A stretch of DNA of 35,547 nt from positions 1 through 35,547 of the IMG/VR virus record IMGVR_UViG_3300016722_000135. The stretch is one strand, 5' to 3'. Made by a program: the position numbers and the translations under genes. Below the pieces are notes generated by a model that saw nothing but the letters and a program-made list of their open reading frames with translations, did not search any database and was not told the DNA's origin. The first letter of the stretch is position 1, and every line of letters begins with the position of its first letter. This DNA comes from a virus (taxonomy: Duplodnaviria; Caudoviricetes). This document shows positions 27,852 through 35,547 of this stretch, one piece after another.

Positions 27852-28109
27852 TTCATTCTTAATAGCTTCATCAAAACTTTTATAGAGCTTGTTAATTACA
27901 GCGGTGTTCCCACCGGGTATATCGCGCAATTTCTTATCAAGCTCTTTTTTTGTATCTACATAAACTGAAAGCCGCTGCAAGCTATACTCTGGGAATTCAC
28001 TACTAGTAACATTGTCACAATTCCCTTTATAATTAGCCGCTGTAATAATAAAAGGGAACTCATTAAAACTCTTTTCCTCAACTTTGCGTGTTTTAGCTTT
28101 TGTTGACAT
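27822..28109 (-). CDS. Hypothetical early protein
   Basis: GGAGG RBS; 95 aa. Confidence 0.65.
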   Translation of the reverse strand: MSTKAKTRKVEEKSFNEFPFIITAANYKGNCDNVTSSEFPEYSLQRLSVYVDTKKELDKKLRDIPGGNTAVINKLYKSFDEAIKNELILAKKLIS

Positions 28110-28186
28110 TTTTTATCCTCCCTTTGTAGGCAAGTCAACTTGCCATTTTGCCGGCAAATATATTCTATACATCACGTTTGAGTAAA

Positions 28187-28387
28187 TTATTGAGAGTCAT
28201 CTACACCAACAAGAGTACAATGACAGTTGTGCTCTTGTTTTCTTATTTCTCGAAGCTTTTGTAGCGCCCAATCAATTTTTGCTTCAGAAAAATTCCCATA
28301 TTTTAAGACAACATTTGTGGTTTCAATATCGTTCTCTTTCCTACTCATTAGCTCTTTCAATTCTTCCGGCGTACATTCTATTTTCAT
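28187..28387 (-). CDS. Hypothetical early protein
   Basis: Repeated RBS unit before ATG 28387. Confidence 0.65.
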   Translation of the reverse strand: MKIECTPEELKELMSRKENDIETTNVVLKYGNFSEAKIDWALQKLREIRKQEHNCHCTLVGVDDSQ

Positions 28388-28430
28388 TTTTATATACTTC
28401 CTTTCCGCAATAATCGTCATCTCAAAGTTC

Positions 28431-28730
28431 TCATTTACCCACCGCTTTTAATCTTTCCAAAAAGGATTCACCTGAAGCCTTCTGCACCAACATGGGACCT
28501 TGGAATTGATTTTGAACTTTAAGATTTGATTCCATTCTTTTATTAATGATTTCGTCTACCACATCAGCATTAATCAGATATCCCCTACCACGCTTCTCAT
28601 GTGGAATAATTCCTAGCCTGCATAATCTACAAAGCGTTTTCATTGGATATCCAGTAAGTGCAGCATAATCTTTAGCCGATAATATTCTCATGTTTCCATG
28701 CTTCCCTTCTTTTAGTCTTATTCTTTTCAT
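28431..28730 (-). CDS. Excisionase-like HTH DNA-binding protein
   Basis: ILSAKDYA...G....TL..L.R.G.IP..KRGR.YLI motif (HTH_17-like); start may be 28691. Confidence 0.75.
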   Translation of the reverse strand: MKRIRLKEGKHGNMRILSAKDYAALTGYPMKTLCRLCRLGIIPHEKRGRGYLINADVVDEIINKRMESNLKVQNQFQGPMLVQKASGESFLERLKAVGK

Positions 28731-28733
28731 TTG

Positions 28734-29062
28734 TCTACTTTAAGTAGAGCTACCTGTCAAAAAAAATAATATCATACTCAAAGCCAAGAAATTTTGCTAT
28801 TTTCTTCGCTTGTCCTATAGTTGCTTCATTTGGGTTTTCTTCTATTTTTCTATATGTTTGAACATGTATTCCTAGGTATTCTGCAAGGTTTTCTTGTGTT
28901 TTCTCTCGCAAAAGTCGTGCTTGCTTTAGCGTTATTTTTTCCATCGCAATCACCTCCTTTTCGTTTTCTACACCCATAATATACTCTACTTTAGGTAGAA
29001 TGTCAACTACTAAAAGTAGATTTTTTTGTATTAATTCTTGATTTTTTTCTACTTTTAGTATA
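28734..29062. promoter_or_regulatory. Four 15-bp operators (TCTACTWWWRGTAGA-like) at 28734, 28985, 29006, 29048 and divergent promoters
   Basis: Palindromic repeats; P-cro TTGACA-17-TATATT on minus (29006..28978); P-cI TTGATT-17-TATTAT (29038..29066). Confidence 0.85.
28750..28944 (-). CDS. cro: Cro-like XRE regulator
   Basis: TLKQAR....TQE.LA..LGI...TY..IE; divergent from the repressor; AGGAGGT RBS. Confidence 0.88.
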   Translation of the reverse strand: MEKITLKQARLLREKTQENLAEYLGIHVQTYRKIEENPNEATIGQAKKIAKFLGFEYDIIFFDR

Positions 29063-29091
29063 TTATGTGCTTAAACAAAGGAGGTACCATC

Positions 29092-29472
29092 ATGGGAATT
29101 AAAGAAAACATAAAAATCCTACGAGATAAATATAACCTATCCCAAAAAGATTTTGCCAAGATTGCAGGAGTTACCGATAAGGCTGTTTCTTCTTGGGAAA
29201 AAGGAACAAAAGAACCAAGAATGGGTGCAATACAAAAAATCGCAGACTATTTCAATATTCAAAAAAGCAATATAATTGAGGATTACGGAATGAGTACTTC
29301 TTCCCAGGGATGGTATCTTGACCCTGAAACGGCCAAGGCCGCTCAGGAAATGTACGATAAGCACAGAGTCCTTTTTGACGCGTCTAGAAAACTAAAACCT
29401 GAAAGCATCAAGGAGGTAGAAAAATTTATTGAATATCAACTTGCAAAAGAAAACCACGAAAACGAGGACTAG
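29092..29472 (+). CDS. Prophage repressor (XRE HTH, ImmR-like, no S24 peptidase domain)
   Basis: IKILR....LSQ..FA...GV....VS.WE.G..EP; AAGGAGGT RBS. Confidence 0.9.
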   Translation: MGIKENIKILRDKYNLSQKDFAKIAGVTDKAVSSWEKGTKEPRMGAIQKIADYFNIQKSNIIEDYGMSTSSQGWYLDPETAKAAQEMYDKHRVLFDASRKLKPESIKEVEKFIEYQLAKENHENED

Positions 29473-29478
29473 TGAAAA

Positions 29479-29682
29479 ATGTTGCGTGCAGTCTTATACC
29501 CACTACCATATAACGTCAAGGGCTGTGTTAAGGAAACGGTTAATGGCGAACCAGTCTGTATCCTTAATTCACGCCTGACTCGCGAAGAAAATATAGAAAC
29601 ATACAAGCATGAACTTAAACATGAGAAAGATTTTGGTGATGTTGAAGATGTTAGTAAGCTAGAAAAGATTAGGCATAAATAA
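29479..29682 (+). CDS. Short ImmA-like metallopeptidase/anti-repressor
   Basis: I.LNSRL......TY.HELKH (HExxH), directly after the repressor. Confidence 0.7.
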   Translation: MLRAVLYPLPYNVKGCVKETVNGEPVCILNSRLTREENIETYKHELKHEKDFGDVEDVSKLEKIRHK

Positions 29683-29696
29683 AAGGGGTGTTATTT

Positions 29697-30236
29697 ATGA
29701 GAAAGATTTTAGTAAGTTTGTTTCTGGTTTCTATCATGGTGTTTGGCTTTGCCAGCGTTTCTTCTGCTGCAAATTGGCAGTGGATAACATCGACTACTGA
29801 TACCACTTATTCATTTGATACTACAAGTTTAAAAGACAAATCTATCAAGGCACCTACTCCTGAACATTCTCAGTTAATTTATTCCGTCTGGATTAAATAT
29901 GAATATACCGATGCTAAAATGGAAGAGTTGGCAGCTAAACTAAATTTTAATAAACCTATCAAATATCTTCTAAATGAAATAGAATTTGATTATAAAAATA
30001 AAGCAACAAAAATAAATGCTATTCATGCTTATGCTAAAGATGGAACATATATAGATAGTGTACCAAGTTACCGTCTTGGTTCTTCATTTAAATCTATTAT
30101 CCCGGATTCAGTTGGTGAAGTTATTTATTACACCACTTTAAAAAATTTTATCGCGCAACGGACAATCTATCAAAAATTGGATAAACTATTTAAAGACAAA
30201 AGCAATAAAAAAATAAACGCCCTCGAAAAAGAATGA
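29697..30236 (+). CDS. Exported protein (surface-adhesin E-like)
   Basis: Signal peptide ending SSA; W..I.S......FD..S, VWIK, I.PDSVGE motifs. Confidence 0.7.
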   Translation: MRKILVSLFLVSIMVFGFASVSSAANWQWITSTTDTTYSFDTTSLKDKSIKAPTPEHSQLIYSVWIKYEYTDAKMEELAAKLNFNKPIKYLLNEIEFDYKNKATKINAIHAYAKDGTYIDSVPSYRLGSSFKSIIPDSVGEVIYYTTLKNFIAQRTIYQKLDKLFKDKSNKKINALEKE

Positions 30237-30422
30237 CCGCCCAGTGCTTTTAGCGCCGAACGGCAATTTAACTATACAAATGTTAGTAAGCTATAAAAGA
30301 TTAGGCACAAATAGTTTATATTTTAAAAGGGGAAGATATTTACAACACAGCGAAGTTTAGAACTCCCTATGTTGATAAATATAGCATCTGAATTGTACAA
30401 ATAATTTTATGGGGAGTTGATT

Positions 30423-31232
30423 ATGTTGAACGATTCTGAAAAAAAGTTTTATCAAAAAGGGTGGTTTATGTGGCTAATGCTAATTATATTTTTCCCAATA
30501 GGCCTTTATCTATTATGGAAAAACCCTGATTATTCAAAAAAAGCCAAAATAATTATTACAACGGTATTAGCAGTATTCCTAATCTTCGGTCACAACTCAA
30601 AGGACACAAAAAAAGTTCAAAATGTCTCAAAGGGAAATGTTCAGGCTTCTCAAACAAAGCCTGCTAATACTGACAAAGATACGAAACAAAAACTTGAATA
30701 TGAACAAAAAAAGCAGGCTTCTTCAGAAATTTTAAAAATATTAAATGACATGCCAGCTAATACAGATCAAGTAGAAAAATTAACATGGTATCAGCCTTGG
30801 GGAAAAGACAAACTCCCGGCAGAAAGTGCAGTTTATTGGTATGCCGGTAAAAAAGGTAACGATGTTTGGATGCGCACAAAAATTGTGCAATTTTCGTCCG
30901 GTATAAACTGGGTTTTCTGGGATAAACTCATCTTCTCTACTGACAACAAAAACTGGGAACATAAAATATCTGGCGTTTTTGCCGGACAATCTGGAGGCGG
31001 GAAACACACTCAAGTCGTATATGGTGGCAAGTATGAAACGTTAGATCTTCCTTTTGAAGATTTAAGACCAGGTTATGAGTTACTAGTTAACGGTGAAAAT
31101 CCAATTATTCGTTTAAGTGGAAAAGAATATCATTTCGATTACAAACTTGACCAAGAAGACATTGACCATCTAAAAACTGGCCTGTACCTATATGACCAAC
31201 TAAAAATTGTTAATAATGAACTAGTAAAATAA
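30423..31232 (+). CDS. Membrane-anchored protein with extracytoplasmic domain (possible superinfection exclusion)
   Basis: KFYQKGWF..LMLIIFFPIGLYLLWK double-TM N-terminus common in prophage immunity-region genes. Confidence 0.75.
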   Translation: MLNDSEKKFYQKGWFMWLMLIIFFPIGLYLLWKNPDYSKKAKIIITTVLAVFLIFGHNSKDTKKVQNVSKGNVQASQTKPANTDKDTKQKLEYEQKKQASSEILKILNDMPANTDQVEKLTWYQPWGKDKLPAESAVYWYAGKKGNDVWMRTKIVQFSSGINWVFWDKLIFSTDNKNWEHKISGVFAGQSGGGKHTQVVYGGKYETLDLPFEDLRPGYELLVNGENPIIRLSGKEYHFDYKLDQEDIDHLKTGLYLYDQLKIVNNELVK

Positions 31233-31291
31233 TTGCTATGCAGAATCGTAATAAGCAATGACAAGAAAAATTTTAATAAAACTATATAAGC

Positions 31292-31807
31292 AAATGGTAA
31301 AATAGGCCATTTTTACCATTTCAATATTCACATATGGTAAAATGACCTCTTTTTACTATTTCAGCTTTACTTAAGATATACCTTTATCCGTTAAACATAT
31401 CTTCAAAATACCTTTAAATTTTCGTTATTTTTAAAGGTATTAATTACAAGTTAGCCAATACATGAAAATTTTAATATGCCAGCAGTATTCTGACGATTTG
31501 AGATAATGATTCACAGTCAAGCAATATGGCAAAAATTAGACTACCAGACACGCATAGTCAAGTGATATGCCAAAAATTAGACTACCAAATATGCATTGGA
31601 TACCTGCAATTGAAATATTGCAAAAATTATCTCAGCAACATCAAAACAAAGAAATACCTCCTTCTTATGTACGGACCTATTATCAATAGTAGCTGCTTAA
31701 TCCAAAAAACATTGTTTTTGTGGATTATGTACTACGTTAATCAAAATAAACGGCAATTTTTTGATTATGTATTGCGTTAATCAAGAAAAACGACGCTTTT
31801 TTGATTA
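31292..31807. repeat. Array of 30-bp (11-8-11) palindromes in three families, period 40-41 bp
   Basis: Units at 31292, 31332; 31514, 31555; 31698, 31738, 31778; additional inverted repeat 31407-31441. Confidence 0.8.
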
Positions 31808-31979
31808 CAAACTTTTTAATAAAAATAACCGCCCAGTGCTTTTAGCACTGAACGATATGTGTAACTAATACCAAAGTTTTCAAACGGTAAATCTTCTAGC
31901 ACAATTCTTAACCACTTATATGTTGCAAATAAACTTTTGTTAGTCAAACTCCACCATCAGGAAGAAGGTAACCAAAAAC

Positions 31980-32675
31980 ATGAAAAAATTGATAGTTACT
32001 TTCACTCTTTTTTTATTTTGTTTGTTTATAATTGGGTGTGCTGTTGATCATAAACAAGCAGCACAAAAATTTGATAGCAAATATGCCACTACTGCTTTTT
32101 CGATTTGGACCAATCTTGATCTTGAGATAGGCAACGCAAAGACACATGAAGATGATATGAAAATTATCGATGGAATAGCTAAAAACAGCATTCCTAATGT
32201 GACAAAATTATTAGCAGAATTAGAAAAAGAAAATATTCCAGCAGACTTAAAACCTATGAAATTATCGTTAACTAGGTATTACAATAATTTAGTTATTGTT
32301 TTAAGGGAATTACAGGATATAGTTTCTACTGGTACGGAAAATGACATCAATATACAAAAACTCCATTCCGATGTAACTAAGTTATACGAAGAACGTCTTC
32401 GATATAACAACGAATATTCTGTAATTAATAAAGGGGTATCTTCTTTTGAACTCACATTAGCTAATTATCGAAAAGTACAAATCGGAGCTAATTATCTCTC
32501 TGTTATTTCCAAATTTAAAATGCCTGGTAATCTTTCTTCTTCCTATACGCATGATATGACACTAATTGGTAAAAGGGTGCTTGATACTTATGAATGGGAA
32601 TTTAATTCCGGTTATGTGAAAATTATGTTTGAAAACGGGAAGGTACACATGCTAGAACAACGAAATTTGAAATAA
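31980..32675 (+). CDS. Putative lipoprotein
   Basis: MKK plus hydrophobic core plus IIGC lipobox; C-terminal LT..NY.KV.IG..Y..V...YEW domain. Confidence 0.8.
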   Translation: MKKLIVTFTLFLFCLFIIGCAVDHKQAAQKFDSKYATTAFSIWTNLDLEIGNAKTHEDDMKIIDGIAKNSIPNVTKLLAELEKENIPADLKPMKLSLTRYYNNLVIVLRELQDIVSTGTENDINIQKLHSDVTKLYEERLRYNNEYSVINKGVSSFELTLANYRKVQIGANYLSVISKFKMPGNLSSSYTHDMTLIGKRVLDTYEWEFNSGYVKIMFENGKVHMLEQRNLK

Positions 32676-32676
32676 A

Positions 32677-32785
32677 AATATTGCAGAAATATTGCAGAAA
32701 TACTGCAGAAATATGTGCAATAATACGTCTAACGTAATATAGAAGCCATTCTATATTGAAGATATTTTAAAGTATTATTGCAGAA
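32677..32785. repeat. 11-bp tandem repeats A(T/C)TGCAGAAAT x3 plus a copy near the RBS
   Basis: AATATTGCAGAAATATTGCAGAAATACTGCAGAAATA and TATTGCAGAAA at ~32776. Confidence 0.75.
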
Positions 32786-32800
32786 AGGGTATGTAATTCT

Positions 32801-34300
32801 ATGAATTTAAATGATTTGCAAAACGAAAATGATAAAATTGAATATAAAAAATGTTTGGAAACTCTTCCCAAGTCCTTTTGGGAAACCTATTCTTCATTTG
32901 CTAATACTTCAGGTGGTATTATTGTTCTTGGAATATCAGAAGAAGAAAACCATAATCCAATAATAACTGGTGTAAATAATCCTGAAAAAATTATTCAGGA
33001 CATTCAAAATATTGCTTCTAATCGCCAAAAAGTGAATAGGAATGTAATTTCTAATATAAAGATCAACACCACTGATGATGGCAAAAATGTAATTTTAGTA
33101 GAGATTCCAGCACTTCCATCAGACAAAAAACCGATATATTTAAATGATGATATAAAAAATACTTTTTTACGCAAAAATGAAGGCGATTATCTTGCTACCA
33201 CGGAAGAATTACGAACTATTATAAGAAATTCTTGCGATAATATAGACAGTGAACTATTGAATAACTACACTATTGATGATCTTGACTTGGAAAGTATACT
33301 TAAATTTAAAACACTTGTACAAAAAAGAGATGGTAGTACTGATTATTTGGGATTAGATAATATGGTTTTTCTAAAACGAATGGGCGTTTTTCAGGAAGAT
33401 CATCAAGATAATAGAAAACTAAAATTGACATTAGGAGGATTACTCTTTATAGGAAAATATCACTCAATAATAAGTAAACTCCCTCATTATCATCTAGATT
33501 ATTTTAATAAAAGAGGTAATAGTGAACGTTGGAAAGATAGAGTGTCATCTGGCGATCTTTCATATCCGAATTTAAATTTACTTTCCTATTACTCAATCGT
33601 TTATGAAAAACTTTTAATAACTGTTGAAGAACCTTTTGCTTTGAATGATCATGTAATTAGAAAATCCTCTGTCGAGCTAGATGTCGCCTTGCGTGAAGCA
33701 CTAGTTAATATGATTATTCACGCTGACTATTTTGAGCAAAGCACGGCATTAATAGCCGAAGTTTACGATGCCTACTATGTTTTCACAAATCCTGGAACAA
33801 TGAAATTATCTGCACAAGACTTCTTCACAGGTGGTCAATCCAAACCACGCAATAGCATTCTAACCAACTTTTTCCGTTTAATTGGTGCATCTGAACGAGC
33901 AGGTACAGGAGGTCCAAAAATTTTTGACATAGTTCGCAAAAATGAATTTCGTATGCCCGAATTAGAGTCAACCTTAGAAATGACTAAATTAAAACTTTGG
34001 ATTGCTGAAATAGAAAATTCGTACCCTAATTTATCTCCCAATGCTAAAACGCTTTTTACAATTTTTGCAAAATCTCAATATAAACCATTCTCTTCAAAAC
34101 AACTAATGGAAAAATCAAAATTATCTCGCCACTACTTGACTATCGCCATAACAGAATTAATAAAAAATAACCTAATAAGTAAAACTGGGAGTTATAAGTC
34201 ATCAAAATACATAAAGGCTATGAATTCACTTGAAACATTAGCCACTATTGATAAGACAATGAAAAACCTCAAAGTTATGCTTATGAAAAAAACTAAATAA
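32801..34300 (+). CDS. AlbA_2 (Schlafen-like) plus RecG-C/HATPase-like plus wHTH protein
   Basis: IEYK...LP.SFWETYSSFANT.GG.I.LG; ALREAL.N.IIHADY; NPG; PRN; ERAGTG; C-terminal HTH. Confidence 0.88.
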   Translation: MNLNDLQNENDKIEYKKCLETLPKSFWETYSSFANTSGGIIVLGISEEENHNPIITGVNNPEKIIQDIQNIASNRQKVNRNVISNIKINTTDDGKNVILVEIPALPSDKKPIYLNDDIKNTFLRKNEGDYLATTEELRTIIRNSCDNIDSELLNNYTIDDLDLESILKFKTLVQKRDGSTDYLGLDNMVFLKRMGVFQEDHQDNRKLKLTLGGLLFIGKYHSIISKLPHYHLDYFNKRGNSERWKDRVSSGDLSYPNLNLLSYYSIVYEKLLITVEEPFALNDHVIRKSSVELDVALREALVNMIIHADYFEQSTALIAEVYDAYYVFTNPGTMKLSAQDFFTGGQSKPRNSILTNFFRLIGASERAGTGGPKIFDIVRKNEFRMPELESTLEMTKLKLWIAEIENSYPNLSPNAKTLFTIFAKSQYKPFSSKQLMEKSKLSRHYLTIAITELIKNNLISKTGSYKSSKYIKAMNSLETLATIDKTMKNLKVMLMKKTK

Positions 34301-34407
34301 AAAATGACCGCCCAGCGTTGGCGCGCTGAACGGTCTGTGCAAAGCTACTTCCCTACGAAGGACATAAGTCTGCCCTTTTATTATATCATATGAAAGGAGT
34401 AATTTTT

Positions 34408-35547
34408 ATGTTAAATTCTACAAGAAAAGCTAAGAAACGTTCAAACAATGAAGGCTCTATCTATTTTGACAGTAGCCGCAAAACATGGGTGGCAGCTCTA
34501 GTTGATCCTAGTGGTAAACGTTTAGTCAAAAGGAATAAATCCTTTGATGTTTTAGATGCCTGGCGTACTACGACAAAGGCCAGTTTTATTGATAACTCAT
34601 ACATTCCTCCGAGCAACATTACGCTTGGAGCATGGATAATAGAATGGCTTGAAACTTACGTAGCTCCCACTGTAAGGGTTAAAACACTCATTAGGTACAA
34701 AGAGACAGCCACCAAATTAGAGCCCATAGCCGCTGTTAAATTACAGGATGTCTCGATCCCAATGGTACAAAAATTCCTAAACAATTTACCGGTCATGTCG
34801 GCAAGCAGCAAGCGTAAAGTGTATATCCAATTATCCGCCGCCTTTAAAAAGGCCCTTATATTAGGACTTGTTAATCGCAACCCAATGGATTCAATCATCA
34901 AACCCAAACTAACACACACAGACGTAGAAATTTTCACATGGATTGAAATGCGTAAAATTCTAGGCAAAATTTCTTTACCTGATAGTCCGTTTAGACATTG
35001 GTACCCATTTATTTTATTAATAGCGACCACAGGTATGAGATTAGGTGAAGCATCCGGATTAAAATCCAAGGATTTTGATAAGAACAAAGGAACCATTAAG
35101 ATAGACCGCAACTTACAATACATCGGTAAGAGCGTACCCGATAAATTTATTGAAAATCCGCCCAAAACCGAAGCTGGCTATCGAGAAATTGCGTTGCCTG
35201 AGGAAACTATCGCAGTCATAGATAAACTCCTTCAAAAACGAAATTTGCTTGATTTTAACGGTAATGATTATATATTCTTGAGCAAAAATGGCAGGCCTTT
35301 AGGCCCCTCTAACGTAAACACTAGCTGGCATCGGATACTCAAATATTGTGAAGTTCCTTACCGCAGCATTCATAAGTTAAGACATACTCATGCCACTGAA
35401 CTCCTGGCTGCAGGTATTCCATTGATTGAAGTTTCTAAACGCCTTGGGCATGGAGACCCAAGTATAACGTTGAAAGTATACGGACATGCTATAAAAGGTT
35501 ATGACAAACAAACGTTATCTAAGATAAAAGAAATATATGCAATTTAG
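34408..35547 (+). CDS. int: Tyrosine integrase
   Basis: N.EGSIY N-terminus; catalytic TGMR, PKT, HKLRH, LGH, VY; AAGGAG RBS. Confidence 0.96.
   Translation: MLNSTRKAKKRSNNEGSIYFDSSRKTWVAALVDPSGKRLVKRNKSFDVLDAWRTTTKASFIDNSYIPPSNITLGAWIIEWLETYVAPTVRVKTLIRYKETATKLEPIAAVKLQDVSIPMVQKFLNNLPVMSASSKRKVYIQLSAAFKKALILGLVNRNPMDSIIKPKLTHTDVEIFTWIEMRKILGKISLPDSPFRHWYPFILLIATTGMRLGEASGLKSKDFDKNKGTIKIDRNLQYIGKSVPDKFIENPPKTEAGYREIALPEETIAVIDKLLQKRNLLDFNGNDYIFLSKNGRPLGPSNVNTSWHRILKYCEVPYRSIHKLRHTHATELLAAGIPLIEVSKRLGHGDPSITLKVYGHAIKGYDKQTLSKIKEIYAI

Larger units (their letters stand above)
30236..34333. repeat. Three copies of an ACCGCCCAG...GAACG hairpin (30236-30263, 31828-31855, 34307-34333)
   Basis: Direct sequence comparison; each preceded by an A-run, i.e. 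terminator-like on the minus strand. Confidence 0.85.
1..35547. mobile_element. Temperate siphovirus-type prophage (partial; tail fibre/lysis module and att sites outside window)
   Basis: Canonical module order integrase-immunity-replication-packaging-head-tail with tape measure and no sheath. Confidence 0.97.

Noticed and set aside
31526-31780. 84-aa ORF
   Set aside because: Runs through the DNA repeats, lacks an RBS, and the 40/41-bp periods are not codon multiples
31292-31807. CRISPR array or type III antitoxin repeat array
   Set aside because: Units are separated by only ~10 bp, repeats belong to three different families, and no cas or ToxN-like gene is adjacent
34656-35165. 169-aa ORF antisense to the integrase
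   Set aside because: No motifs or RBS; shadow ORF
1-35547. Diversity-generating retroelement, tRNA genes, introns/inteins, att core
   Set aside because: No reverse transcriptase, cloverleaf or interrupted core gene recognised; the window ends at the integrase stop, so att cannot be assessed

Overview
This window is most of a temperate siphovirus-type prophage from a low-GC Firmicute. A Negativicutes-like host is a guess from gene content only. The window runs from the stop codon of a tail/baseplate hub gene (pos. 1) to the stop codon of a tyrosine integrase (35547); tail fibre and lysis genes and att sites are not visible. The minus strand carries cro, small early genes, YqaJ/RecT recombination, replication (rep, DnaC-like), ssb, rusA, an ArpU-like late activator, an AT-rich moron, packaging, an HK97-type head and a non-contractile tail. 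The plus strand carries the repressor, an ImmA-like protein, cargo genes and the integrase. Highlights: (1) an unannotated -1 frameshift (A AAA AAA plus hairpin) that would append an Ig/X2-like domain to the major capsid protein, paralogous to the domain fused to the major tail protein; (2) a ~600 bp non-coding tract with three unrelated repeat families sharing 11-8-11 palindrome geometry and a 40-41 bp period, inside a cargo region segmented by repeated hairpins and a duplicated immA 3' end; (3) a RexAB-like moron (soluble plus 4-TM protein) with a sigmaH-like promoter; (4) two different small-terminase genes and an HNH-P-loop fusion; (5) a replisome-organizer/HNH fusion upstream of the intact rep gene. 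Family assignments come from motif recognition and gene order, not database searches.
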